DNA of 64,000 bases from Pedosphaera sp. (GCA_017853715.1 JAFMIZ010000005.1:2835-66834), one strand, 5' to 3'. Shown: positions 9,405-20,100, counted from the stretch's first letter. The notes: a model not told the origin generated them from the sequence alone. Program-made: numbers and translations.

Positions 9405-10313
9405 ATGAACTGCTTCAGCTTCTGGCTGTCCCTGGTTGCACTTGCGCCACTCGCGCATGCGGTTGAGTCCACCAATCTCAACCCCATCGCCGACACCTGC
9501 ATCGCGCAAAGTTTTCCCGACAAAAATTTTGGGGCGACATGGTTTTTTACAGCCGGCACAACCCAGAACTACACGACGAATCGCGGTCTGATGAAGTTTG
9601 ACCTGACCAGTGCAATTCCCGCCGGATCGAAAATCCTCTCAGTGTTGTTGACCGTGGAAGTGACCGGACAGCCGGACGAACCATGGAATACTTCACACTT
9701 TGGTTTGCACCGCATGCTGCGTGACTGGGGAGAAGGAGACAACTTTGCGCCGAGCAAGCTCGGCCAGGCCGCCCCAGCCGGAACGAACGAAGCCAATTAT
9801 ACCCATCGCTTCGCATTCACGTCCGAAACTTGGGGCCAGCCCGGCGGACAGGCTGGTTTGGATTACGTCCCCTCTCCCAGTTCCACCACATTCATCTACC
9901 AAGCGGGCGACCCTTACACGTTCGACTCCACCGCAACCCTCGTAGCGGACGCGCAACTGTGGCTGGACCAGCAGGGCACCAACTTCGGCTGGATGCTCAT
10001 CGTTCAGAACGAAACGGAGAACTTCACCGCACGCCGCTTTGGTTCCCGCGAATCAGGCTCCGATGCAGCGAAACTGTCAGTGACCTATCAGCCACCACCG
10101 CCCATCTCAAAGATCACCGCAGGAAATGGCTCAGTGTTGCTGGAATATGTCTCCCCCGCGAACTATGCGCACCAGGTCCAGTTTACGACCAATCTGCTGG
10201 GCGGCAGCTGGCAGTCATATCCGCCCGTTGGACCATTCACCAACGACACTCCGATTTTCTTTGGCTCTCCGATGCCTGGCGATCAGGGCTTTTACCGGCT
10301 GAAGGTTTACTGA
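9405..10313 (+). CDS. secreted protein, tentatively with an N-terminal DNRLRE-like (lectin/CBM-like) domain
   Basis: Signal peptide MNCFSFWLSLVALAPLAHA from ATG 9405. N-terminal ADTCIAQSFPDKNFG...NRGLMKFDL resembles the DNRLRE-domain pattern. C-terminal beta-rich tail ends ...GFYRLKVY. Confidence 0.6.
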   Translation: MNCFSFWLSLVALAPLAHAVESTNLNPIADTCIAQSFPDKNFGATWFFTAGTTQNYTTNRGLMKFDLTSAIPAGSKILSVLLTVEVTGQPDEPWNTSHFGLHRMLRDWGEGDNFAPSKLGQAAPAGTNEANYTHRFAFTSETWGQPGGQAGLDYVPSPSSTTFIYQAGDPYTFDSTATLVADAQLWLDQQGTNFGWMLIVQNETENFTARRFGSRESGSDAAKLSVTYQPPPPISKITAGNGSVLLEYVSPANYAHQVQFTTNLLGGSWQSYPPVGPFTNDTPIFFGSPMPGDQGFYRLKVY

Positions 10314-10768
10314 CGACCCACAGCAGATAATTTGAACTGGCGCGAAAACTTTGCGACCAGGCGATTCTCCGCCTGCTTCATTTCGCGACGCTCGGCTGGC
10401 TTCAAATCATCGTAGCCGCAGAGGTGCAGAATGGAATGAACCATGTAACGAACCACCTCGGACTGCCATGAAGTGCGGAATTCACGAGCTTGCTCGATGG
10501 CAACGTCAACGCAAATGAAAATCTCCCCACAAATCCGGCCAGGCACCTCAGGGTCGTTGTAGTCGAAGGTGATCACATCCGTCGCACCAGGATGACCTAG
10601 GTGCCTCGCGTTGATATCGGCCATGCGCGCGGCCCCGACGAAGTAAAACATGAGATCCCAGTCTTTCACCCGCGGCAGGTAGGCCAGAATGGCTTCGGCA
10701 ATTTCCCGCAGCCGACGTGGGTTGAGCGGCTTGGTTCGCTGCCGGTTGGAGAAGGCCAGCTTTGCCAT
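10307..10768 (-). CDS. ybeY: rRNA maturation endoribonuclease YbeY
   Basis: Zinc motif HSILHLCGYDD; about 150 aa; immediately downstream of phoH with a 1-nt overlap. Confidence 0.9.
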   Translation of the reverse strand: MAKLAFSNRQRTKPLNPRRLREIAEAILAYLPRVKDWDLMFYFVGAARMADINARHLGHPGATDVITFDYNDPEVPGRICGEIFICVDVAIEQAREFRTSWQSEVVRYMVHSILHLCGYDDLKPAERREMKQAENRLVAKFSRQFKLSAVGRQ

Positions 10769-11733
10769 CAGCCCTCCCGCTTTTTGCCGCGGTGCTCTTC
10801 GTAGGCCCCGATGATGCGCTGCACCAGCGGATGCCGCACCACGTCGCGCTTGGTGAATTCACAGATGGCGATGCCATCCACGTTGCGAAGTGCGCGATGA
10901 GCTTCGATGAGTCCGGAATGTTTGTTGCCCGGTAAATCAATCTGCGTCTCGTCACCGGTAATGACCGCCTTGGAACTCATGCCGAGACGCGTGAGGAACA
11001 TGAACATCTGTTCCGTGGTCGAATTCTGGGCTTCGTCAAGAATGATGAAGGCGTTGTTCAACGTGCGCCCGCGCATGTAGGCCAGCGGCGCGATTTCGAT
11101 CACCCCGCGTTCGGTGTGCTTTTGAATTTCTTCCGCCGGCACCATGTCGTGCAACGCATCATGCAATGGACGCAGGTAAGGCATGATCTTCTCGTAGAGA
11201 TCGCCCGGCAAAAATCCCAGCGCTTCGCCTGCTTCGACGGCCGGGCGCGTGAGGATGATTCGGCCTATCTTACCTTCGCGAAGCGCAGCCAGGGCCATCG
11301 CCACCGCAAGATACGTCTTGCCCGTGCCGGCGGGGCCAATGCCGAAGGTCACGTCGTGCTTGCGGATGGCGTCCAGATAACGCTTCTGCATCACGGTCTT
11401 GGCGGTGACGGTGGCCTTCTTTTCATGCGTGAGGATGCGGTCGCTCAACAAATCCCTGAGCGTGTTCACACCTTCATGCTTCACCACCTGCAACGCGTGG
11501 CTGAATTCGCGGTTGCGAATGGGCGTGCCCGACTTGAGCAAACCTTCAAGCTGCAGAAATAAATGCTTCGCCTGCTCGATCGCGCCGGCTTCGCCGTCCA
11601 AGGTGATCCAACCATCACGGCTCACCGCTTTGACGCCGAGCTGGTCCTCGATGGCCGCAAGATTGCGCGCCTCGTTGTTAAATAGCTGCTGAGCGACGCG
11701 GGCGTTTTCAAAATGGAGTGTTTCGGTAGCCAT
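10768..11733 (-). CDS. phoH: PhoH-family ATPase
   Basis: Walker A GPAGTGKTYLAVAMA, FIILDEAQN and ITGDETQIDLP; classical phoH-ybeY pairing. Confidence 0.92.
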   Translation of the reverse strand: MATETLHFENARVAQQLFNNEARNLAAIEDQLGVKAVSRDGWITLDGEAGAIEQAKHLFLQLEGLLKSGTPIRNREFSHALQVVKHEGVNTLRDLLSDRILTHEKKATVTAKTVMQKRYLDAIRKHDVTFGIGPAGTGKTYLAVAMALAALREGKIGRIILTRPAVEAGEALGFLPGDLYEKIMPYLRPLHDALHDMVPAEEIQKHTERGVIEIAPLAYMRGRTLNNAFIILDEAQNSTTEQMFMFLTRLGMSSKAVITGDETQIDLPGNKHSGLIEAHRALRNVDGIAICEFTKRDVVRHPLVQRIIGAYEEHRGKKREG

Positions 11734-11804
11734 GGGCTTTCAGGGGTCTTGCTCTTCCTCTTAATCTTAATCCGACAAACTGGCGGTGCGTATTCAGTGT
11801 TCCG

Positions 11805-12296
11805 TCAAGACGTCGTCGCGAGTGCCTCGCGAATCTTTGATGCCACCTCCTTCAGCGCCTGCGGCAGGACGCCAGTGTCCGCGATGACGGGCATGAAGTT
11901 GGTGTCGCCGCTCCAGCGCGGAACGATGTGGATGTGGAGATGCTCGACAATCCCCGCCCCGGCGCATTTGCCGATGTTCACGCCAATATTGAAGCCGTCC
12001 GGCCGCATAACTTTCGTCAATGCGTTCTGGCAACGCCGCGTGAGCACCATCAAGTCGGCGAGTTCCTGCTCAGTGAGACCGGCGAAGTCAGGCGCCTGCC
12101 TATAAGGCACAACCATGAGATGGCCGCCGTTGTAGGGATAACGGTTGAGCAGCGCGTAACAGGTCTTTTCGCGGATGACGACCAGGTTCTCCTCGTCTTC
12201 GCCGGACTGCGCAATGCGGGTGAACAAGCTCTCGTCCACGACGGGCCTGGGGGACAATATGTAGTCAATGCGCCACGGCGCGTGCAGCGAGTCCAT
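11805..12296 (-). CDS. HIT (histidine triad) family nucleotide hydrolase/transferase
   Basis: Histidine-triad motif EHLHIHIVPRW; about 160 aa. Confidence 0.85.
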   Translation of the reverse strand: MDSLHAPWRIDYILSPRPVVDESLFTRIAQSGEDEENLVVIREKTCYALLNRYPYNGGHLMVVPYRQAPDFAGLTEQELADLMVLTRRCQNALTKVMRPDGFNIGVNIGKCAGAGIVEHLHIHIVPRWSGDTNFMPVIADTGVLPQALKEVASKIREALATTS

Positions 12297-12340
12297 GGCC
12301 GAACAGTAAGTAGGCCGGCCCGCAAAGTCAAAACGCAGCG

Positions 12341-13582
12341 TTACTTGGCAGCGCTGAGCTTGCCCTTGAGGACATACACGAGCGCCTTGACTGCCAGCTC
12401 GATGAAGAGAAACGGCTTGGCGATGAAATCGTTACCGCCACTGATAGTCGAGTTGGCGCGGCTTTCGAAGTCGTTCAAGCTGGTCACAAACACCACGGGC
12501 GTGTGCTTGTGGGCCGGCAAAGCGCGGAGCTTGGCGCACAACTCGAAGCCGTTCATGCCAGGCATGTCCACATCGAGGAAGATGAGGTCAAAGCGATTTT
12601 CCATGATCATCTTAAAGGCCTGATTGGGGTCTTCAACGCCCACCGACTTGAGCTTGGCTTTCTCCAACGCGTAGGTCACGGCGCGGCGGGAAATGGATTC
12701 GTCATCCACCACCAAAATGCTCGCTGAGGGCACTTCCCGGCGGTCGGGCAAGGTTCCGCGTTCGAACAATACGCCGATGAAATCCACGGTATTCGCCACG
12801 GTGCGCATGGTGGAGGCATTGATGTTCTTGGGCTTTTCGTATAGTTCCTTGAGCAGCGCCTCGGCAGCATCGGCCATCTGGGCAATCATCATCATGCCCG
12901 CAATACCAGCGTTACCCGTGAGGGCGTGGACTCGGCGGTAGAGCTCCTGCACTGCGCCAAGTCGGGCCATCTCGTTGTCGGCCTTGATCAAACTCTTAAC
13001 CGCACCACGGAGCGCATTGAGTGTTGGGGGCAGCGTCTGGATGAAGTCCCGGCGCAACTCGGCCTGAAATTCCGCATCATTGCCAGAGGAAGCCGGACGC
13101 TCCACGGGAACAGGCTGAGGTTTACCCAAAACCACGGCCGCGGGTGTCGCGGTGGGACGAGTCGCAGGGCTGGAGCCCGTGGACGTGGCCTGAGTAAGGG
13201 GAGCGCCCGAGCCTGAGATCCCCAGCGCGGTTCGCAAGGCCTCAATCACATGCTTGGGGGAGCAACTAGCCTTGGAGAGACATTTCGTGGCGCCGGCTTC
13301 CCGGGCCTCCTGCATCATGTTGGTGAGATAGGTATTCGAGAAAACGATGATGGGCGACTGGCCAAATTTTTCGTCAGACCGCAACTGGCGCATCACCTCG
13401 ACGCCCGAGGTCTTGGGCAGCATGAGGTCCAGCAATACAGCGTCGGGCTGGAAATCCTTGACGATCGCCATACCGCTCTCACCGTCCAACGCAACCTCCA
13501 CCCTGAAGCCTTCGACGCTGAGCTTTTTGCGGTAAATATCGGCGACGATCTGGTCGTCTTCGATGATGAGGATCTTTTTCAT
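12341..13582 (-). CDS. phosphorelay protein, REC-HPt-REC, no output domain
   Basis: N-terminal receiver (KILIIEDD...DAVLLDLMLP...). S/T/P/A-rich linker. HPt-like helix bundle (ELYRRVHALTGNAGIAGM). C-terminal receiver (ILVVDDE...DLIFLDVDMPGMNGFE...AKPF). Confidence 0.85.
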   Translation of the reverse strand: MKKILIIEDDQIVADIYRKKLSVEGFRVEVALDGESGMAIVKDFQPDAVLLDLMLPKTSGVEVMRQLRSDEKFGQSPIIVFSNTYLTNMMQEAREAGATKCLSKASCSPKHVIEALRTALGISGSGAPLTQATSTGSSPATRPTATPAAVVLGKPQPVPVERPASSGNDAEFQAELRRDFIQTLPPTLNALRGAVKSLIKADNEMARLGAVQELYRRVHALTGNAGIAGMMMIAQMADAAEALLKELYEKPKNINASTMRTVANTVDFIGVLFERGTLPDRREVPSASILVVDDESISRRAVTYALEKAKLKSVGVEDPNQAFKMIMENRFDLIFLDVDMPGMNGFELCAKLRALPAHKHTPVVFVTSLNDFESRANSTISGGNDFIAKPFLFIELAVKALVYVLKGKLSAAK

Positions 13583-16077
13583 TCGCTGGCAGGGGCTGAA
13601 AATTGTTCGGGGTTCGCGAGGAGCGATTCCAGTTGCCTACGGACGCGGCCGAATTCAAGTTCGGCGTCGGCGGAAAGTTCGGTAGTACCAGCCAACTGGC
13701 CGGCCATGCCCAGCGCCTCCAATTCGCGCAGGATCTGCGCGATCGGCATCATCCCACAAGTGGCGCTGGCTCCGGCGCTGCTGTGTGCGATGCGGCGGAT
13801 TTCGGGCGCGTTGCCCCCTTTGACGGCGGCAGCGAGTTGGTCCAGTTGCTTGCGGGTCTGGTCCAAATAGAGCGAGATCAACTCACGGATGCTCTCCGGC
13901 GTACCGTCGGAGAATTCCATCAGCCGCTCCATGTCCACGGAAGGTTGTTGGTTCTTGTTCATCGGTTCATTTGCGGCGATTGCGGTTTCTCCGGGCGCTG
14001 CTACATCCTTGCGCGCTGACAACACCTTGGGCCCCCATCGCTCAAGAGCCAACCGCACATCCTCGGGGCGGATGGGCTTGGCCACGTAATCGTCCATGCC
14101 GGAGGCGATACACTTGTCGCGGTCCCCCTCCATGGCACTCGCCGTCAACGCGACGATTATGACAGGCGGCTGGCAGTTTGGAAATTGCGAACTGTCCTGC
14201 TGACGTTCGCGAATGGCCTTAGTAGCCTCAAGGCCATTCAATTCAGGCATTTGCAAGTCCATGAAAATCAGGTCGAAGCGCTCGCGGTCCACGGCCTCCA
14301 ATGCCTCACGACCGTTGCTGGTCACCGTGACGGTGTAACCCATCTGTTGCAGAACGCGCTGCGCCACTTTCTGGTTAATCGCGTTATCGTCACACACCAT
14401 GATACGCATCGGCAAGCGAGCGGCGAGGGTTGGGTCCAGTTTGCCCGGGCGGACGGACGGAGGGGCGCTCACACGCTTTGTGCCGGAGGTGATCCGCTGC
14501 AACACGTCTTGCAAGGCCGCCTGCTTCACGGGCTTGACCAAACACGCATCCACCCGAACCGACGCCAGTTCTGGTGAGTCGCAGCGCACACCAACGGGGG
14601 CAAGGATGACCACAGGCAAATCAGTTGCTGCAGGTAATTGGCGCATTTCACGCAACAAAACCCTGCCGGACATGCCGGGCATGTTCAGATCCACAATCGC
14701 GAAATCATATTTCTCAGAGCCCTTCAATTGGCTTATAGCCATCGCGCCGTCAGAAACAGATTTGGGATTCAAGCCCAGTGCGCGCAGCCGATCACACAGG
14801 ATACGGCCGCTTGATGCATTGTCATCCACCACCAACACCCGCGCACTTGGGAGCTTGAACTCACCACTGCCGGGATGAACGGCTGCGGGATTTGGGAGGA
14901 ACGGTACGCTAAAATGGAAGCTGGAACCCTTCTGCGGAATGCTCTCGACCCACATCTTGCCGCCCATCAATTCCACCAGCCGCTTGCTGATGGCAAGGCC
15001 CAAGCCGGTGCCGCCGAACTTGCGGGTCGTAGAAACATCAGCCTGACTGAAGGCTTTAAACAGGCGCGTCATGCGGTCAGCAGGAATGCCGATGCCAGTA
15101 TCACGCACCGTGAAGTGCATCACCCAAGACGTGCCACACTGGGGTCTTGGCTTGGGCGCAGCAAGCATCCGCACGCAGACATGAACTTCACCCGCAGATG
15201 TGAACTTCACGCCATTGCCGATGAGGTTCACGAGCACCTGCCGCAGACGCGTGGAGTCACCGAGCACGCTCGCGGGCAGTCCTGGTTCAAATTCTTGGAG
15301 CAATTCAATCCCCTTCGCGTCGGCTCGCGAGGCCAACAATTCAGCAGCCTCCTCAACGCAGACGCGCAAATCTATCGGCGTGGATTCCAACTCAACGTTT
15401 CCGGATTCAATCTTCGAGAAGTCGAGAATGTCATTGATCAAGGTTAATAACGTCTCACTGCTGGTGTGGATGGTATCGACATAGCCACGTTGTTCCTGAG
15501 TCAATGCCGTATCGCGCAGCAGGCTCGTCATCGCGATCACCCCGTTCATGGGCGTGCGAATCTCATGACTCATGCTCGCGAGGAAATCTGATTTGGCGCG
15601 CGCCCCAGATTCAGCAGCCAGTTTGGCGGCGTTGAGATCATGATTCGCCTGGGTTAACTCGTCTTGAAGATGTTTCGCGCGAAGCAAGGCCATGGCGCGC
15701 GCCCGCAGCTCGGCGGACTCGAACGGTTTCGTGAGATAGTCTGAAGCACCGAGTTGGAAGCCGCGCACCTTGTCAGCGGTGTTGTTCCAGGCAGTCACGA
15801 CAATGACCGGCACCGAATTCCAGCGCGACGAAAGTTTGATGCGTTGGAGCAAGTCGAATCCGTTGGAACCAGGCAGCCCCAGATCGAGCAAAACAAGTTC
15901 AAAGGGCGCGGTGCCAGCCGTCACGACGGAGTTAATCTTGGCCCACGCCTCCTCCACGTTGCTGGCAGACTCCAGGGCCAGACCATCCTCCGCCAATAAT
16001 GCAGCGAGGACCTCCGGCATCTCGGGGTCATCTTCCACCAGCAAAACGCGTGCTGGAGCGTGGTTCGTAGCTATCAT
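13579..16077 (-). CDS. hybrid histidine kinase, REC-HisKA-HATPase_c-REC-REC-HPt, no sensory or TM domain
   Basis: REC1 (VLLVEDD...LVLLDLGLPG). H-box SHEIRTPMNG. N/G boxes LIGNGVKFT, DTGIGI and GGTGLGLAI. REC2 (VLVVDDN...AIVDLNMPGM). REC3 (IMVCDDN...LIFMDLQMPE...AKPI). C-terminal HPt (RRIAHSSAGASATCG). Its stop overlaps the next start as ATGA (13579-13582). Confidence 0.9.
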   Translation of the reverse strand: MIATNHAPARVLLVEDDPEMPEVLAALLAEDGLALESASNVEEAWAKINSVVTAGTAPFELVLLDLGLPGSNGFDLLQRIKLSSRWNSVPVIVVTAWNNTADKVRGFQLGASDYLTKPFESAELRARAMALLRAKHLQDELTQANHDLNAAKLAAESGARAKSDFLASMSHEIRTPMNGVIAMTSLLRDTALTQEQRGYVDTIHTSSETLLTLINDILDFSKIESGNVELESTPIDLRVCVEEAAELLASRADAKGIELLQEFEPGLPASVLGDSTRLRQVLVNLIGNGVKFTSAGEVHVCVRMLAAPKPRPQCGTSWVMHFTVRDTGIGIPADRMTRLFKAFSQADVSTTRKFGGTGLGLAISKRLVELMGGKMWVESIPQKGSSFHFSVPFLPNPAAVHPGSGEFKLPSARVLVVDDNASSGRILCDRLRALGLNPKSVSDGAMAISQLKGSEKYDFAIVDLNMPGMSGRVLLREMRQLPAATDLPVVILAPVGVRCDSPELASVRVDACLVKPVKQAALQDVLQRITSGTKRVSAPPSVRPGKLDPTLAARLPMRIMVCDDNAINQKVAQRVLQQMGYTVTVTSNGREALEAVDRERFDLIFMDLQMPELNGLEATKAIRERQQDSSQFPNCQPPVIIVALTASAMEGDRDKCIASGMDDYVAKPIRPEDVRLALERWGPKVLSARKDVAAPGETAIAANEPMNKNQQPSVDMERLMEFSDGTPESIRELISLYLDQTRKQLDQLAAAVKGGNAPEIRRIAHSSAGASATCGMMPIAQILRELEALGMAGQLAGTTELSADAELEFGRVRRQLESLLANPEQFSAPASE

Positions 16078-16239
16078 GGTTTCATCGGTTCACTTCTGCG
16101 CCTGCATGTCAGCAGGTTCATTACCAATATCTTGGATCCTCACAAAGCAGCGGCGGAAGGGAGCTGATTTCCCCGGCAAGATGGTGAAAAGTCGCCAAGC
16201 GTCAGGATCCACCTGGGGTGAGGGTCACGATTTGAGACA

Positions 16240-16990
16240 GCCGCAGGGGCTGATGAGACATGTAAAACGTGGGGGGGGTGCCATTGGACGTCCAAGACGG
16301 AGGCGCAGCAGGACACCCATCCATGAACGACTCCAAGCAGCCCCCAACAGGCGGACTATTTCCGGCGCTGGCATGGCAGCAAGGCCAACTCCGTAGGATT
16401 GATGGTTCACAAGACGCCCCATCATTTTGACCTGGTCAACTGGCGGCTCTCCGCCAACCCCGTAACCTTGACCGCCGAGGGAGACAAGCCGCTCTACGCT
16501 CCGGCCATGGCCAAACGTCTGGGGCTAGCCAGCCGCCACGATCGTTGTCTCACCTGTCCGGAAGCGGACGAATGCACCTTCCGCCTCGACCTAGCTGGCA
16601 ACTCCAAATTAAAGGAATTGCATCTGGATCAGGAAAATTTCGACCGCTATTTCCGAGTCAGGTGCGCTCAAGCCCGATGGCACTTACATCAGTATTTTTC
16701 CGCTCCAGGCACCGGCTCATGCCGCGGAGGTGAAAGAGGGCAAGGGCGGACACGGCGGCGGCGACGCGGTACTGCTCGACGAGTTTTCTTACCCGCCCCC
16801 TGACCGCTACATTCGCGCAGCCGACGGGCGGGCGGGCGCGGCTTCGATTTTGACCGGCATTGCCGCCAACCACTCCACGCACACGGGCAAGCCGATTCAA
16901 ATCGCGGATCTGGCACCCGGCTTAAAGCGGCCCGATCACCCGGTAATGCCGGCGAACACAGACGCGGTTCCCATGCCACCGCGAGGCTGA
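16240..16990 (+). pseudogene. relic of a Gfo/Idh/MocA-family oxidoreductase (N-terminal half missing, in-frame stop, internal deletion/frameshift)
   Basis: Recognisable family strings lie in different frames: GGAIGRP, ADYFRRWHGSKANSVGLMVHKTPHHFDLVNW, CLTCPEADECTFRLDL, then (frame +1 shifted) SGALKPDGTYISIFPLQAPAHAAEVKEGKGGHGGGDAVLLDEF...YIRAADGRAGAASILTGIAANHS. There is a TGA just upstream of ADYFRRWH. No Rossmann-fold half fits before the kinase gene. Confidence 0.65.
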
Positions 16991-17102
16991 TCCAAGCCGG
17001 TGATAGGCATCAGTGTTTCTGACTGGAAGCGCCGCGTTCGGGCTGCAACTTCATTTCTGGGTTTCCTTCGGCCATCAAGTGTGGCAATTGGGTGCACCAA
17101 GC

Positions 17103-20100
17103 ATGAAAAACACGCTTTCACTTTGCCTGCTCAGCGCGGTCGCTCTGTGCGACGGTATCAGCGCAAGCGCCACAAACGCCCGCCTGCTGCGTTATCCCGA
17201 CGTCTCCAAAACTCGGGTGACCTTTGTGTATGCGGGAGACATCTGGGTCGCTCCGAAGAACGGCGGCGAGGCGGTCCGGCTAAGCTCCCCGCGCGGGGAG
17301 GAATCATTTCCCAAGTTTTCGCCCGACGGTGAAACCATCGCCTTCAGCGCGAACTACGATGGCAACACCGACATCTACACCATCCCGGTCAAGGGCGGCG
17401 TGCCGACACGGATTACTTATCACGGCGCGACGGACAGGGTGCTGGGATGGTATCCTGACGGCAAATCCATCCTATTTGCCAGTGGGCGCACCAGCGAGCG
17501 TGACCGCTACAACAAACTCTTCAAGGTGAGCAAGGTTGGTGGTTTGCCGGAACAATTGCCTGTGCCCTACGGCGAAATGGCCGCCATTTCACCCGATGAA
17601 TCACTGCTCGCCTATACGCCCATCTCGATCGACTACCGCACCTGGAAGCGCTATCGGGGCGGCATGACGGCGGACATCTGGCTATTCGACCTCAAAACCA
17701 AGTCGGCCAAGAACGTAACCGAGAATACTGCGAATGACAGTTTCCCCATGTGGAACGGCAAGACGCTTTACTTCCTCTCCGACCGCGACGGCAAGTTGCG
17801 GCACAACCTTTGGTCGCTCGACACGCACAGTGGCAGGATCAACCAAGTCACGCAGTTCAAAGACGCGGAGGTGCAAAGCCCGAGCATGGGACCGGAAGAA
17901 ATTGTATTCACAACGGGCGAACAGTTGTGGTTGCTGGACTTGAAAACGCTCAAGCCACGCGCCGTGGAATTCACGGTGGTCACCGATGGCTCGGAACTGA
18001 AGGAGCGACAGGCCAACGCCGCTGATTATATCCAGGGCTACGACGTTTCACCCAGTGGCAAGCGCGTGGTCTTGGCCGCGCGTGGCGATATCTTTACGCT
18101 GCCCAAGGAGCATGGCATCACCCGCAACCTCACCCGCAGCAGCGGTGTGGCGGAACGCTGGCCGACGTGGTCGCCCGACGGGAAGCGCATCGCCTACTTC
18201 ACTGACCGCCCCGGTGAATACCAACTGGCTGTCCGGAACGAGGACGGGACCGGCGAGGAGGAAAGCCTGACAAAGCTCGGGCCAGGATTCCGCTACCGCC
18301 CGCAATGGTCACCCGACAGCAAACAGATCGCCTTCGTGGATTTCGCCATGCGGCTCTGGCTGTACGACTTCGAAAAGAGGACCGCACAGCAGATTGATAA
18401 GATGCTCTGGCTCTACGAGGGGGAACTCGCGCGCTTCCGCGTGAGTTGGTCCGCCGACAGCCGTTGGCTGACTTACGCCGGCGATTTGGAGAACGGTCAT
18501 ACTGCCATTGTGATCTACGACACCGAGAAATCCGCGCGTCATCAAGTGACCAGCGGTTTCTACGATGACAGCCAGCCCGTGTTTGATCCCGAGGGCAAAT
18601 ACCTATTCTTCCGCTCTGGCCGCTCGTTTGAACCCATTTACAGCGATCTTGATCATACTTGGATTTACCCGAACACCCGCGTGTTGATGGCGGTGCCCCT
18701 GCGCCGAGATGTGCCGTCGCTGCTGGCCGCGCGGAACGACGAGGAAAACGACAGGAAGACCGACGACAAGAAGAAGGATGACTCCGACAAGGAAGGCGAA
18801 AAGCCTGAGTCCAAGAGCGAGAAGCAGGACGATTCCAGTTCAGACTCGAAGGCCGGAGGCAAAACTGAATCCGACGACAAGAAAGTTGATGCGAAGGATA
18901 AAACGAAGTCTGATGCCAAGAAGCCGAAGCCGGTTTTGATTGATCTAACCGACTTCGAACGCCGTGCCGAGGCCTTGCCCGTCAAGCCAGGCAATTACGA
19001 CGACCTCGCCGCTGTGAAAGGCAGACTGCTCTACCGGTGGCTGGGCCGCGCAGGGGCAGACAACGGCTCGGCGATCGATTACTACGACTTGGAGAAACGT
19101 GAGACCAAGCGCATTGTGGACGGCGCAACGGACTTCGTGCTCACAGCCAAAGGTGAAACCCTGCTGGTGCGCAAGGGCTCTGACTTCTACCTGATCGAGC
19201 CCAAGGAAAAGCAGTCGCTGAGCAAACGCGTTGAAACTGGCGGACTATCCATGACGGTCCAGCCGATGGAGGAGTGGCGTCAACTCTTCACCGACGCTTG
19301 GCGCATTGAACGGGATTTCTTTTATGACCCGAACATGCACGGCGTGGACTGGCCCGCTGTGCGCCAGCGCTACTCGAAGCTGATCGGGCAGTGCGTCACC
19401 CGGTGGGACGTGAACTACGTGATCGGCGAGATGATCGCCGAGTTGAACGCGTCGCACACCTATCGCAGCGGTGGTGACGTGGAAAAGTCACCCGTCAGGA
19501 AGATCGGTTATCTGGGCTGCGACTTTACTCTGACCAACGGCGCCTACCAGATCAGCCGTATTTTGGATGGCGGGGCGTGGGACAATGAAGTGCGTTCGCC
19601 ACTGCACCAAACGGCCACCGCCAACGCACTCGTTGGTCAGTATCTGTTGGCGGTGAATGGTGTGCCGGTGGACACCGTGCTGGAACCAGCGGCGGCGTTC
19701 CAAGGACTCGCCGGAGAGACCGTTCAATTGACCTTGAACGGCAAACCGTCACTCGACGGTGCCACCAACCTGCTGGTGAAAACTCTGGAAAGCGAAGCAC
19801 GCCTCCGCAATCTCGCCTGGATTGAATCCAACCGCGCCCGCGTGGCCGACGCCAGCGAGGGGAAAATTGGTTACATTTACGTTCCCAACACAGGACGCGA
19901 CGGCCAGAGCGAACTGGTCCGCCAATACCAAGGCCAGTTCCATCTGCCCGGCCTGATCATCGACGAGCGCTTCAACAGCGGCGGTCAGATTCCCGACCGC
20001 TTTGTGGAGTTGATTGGCCGCAAAGTGGAAAACTACTGGTCCGTGCGCCACGGCAAGGACTGGCAATCCCCCCCGAATGCACACAACGGTTCGATGGCGA

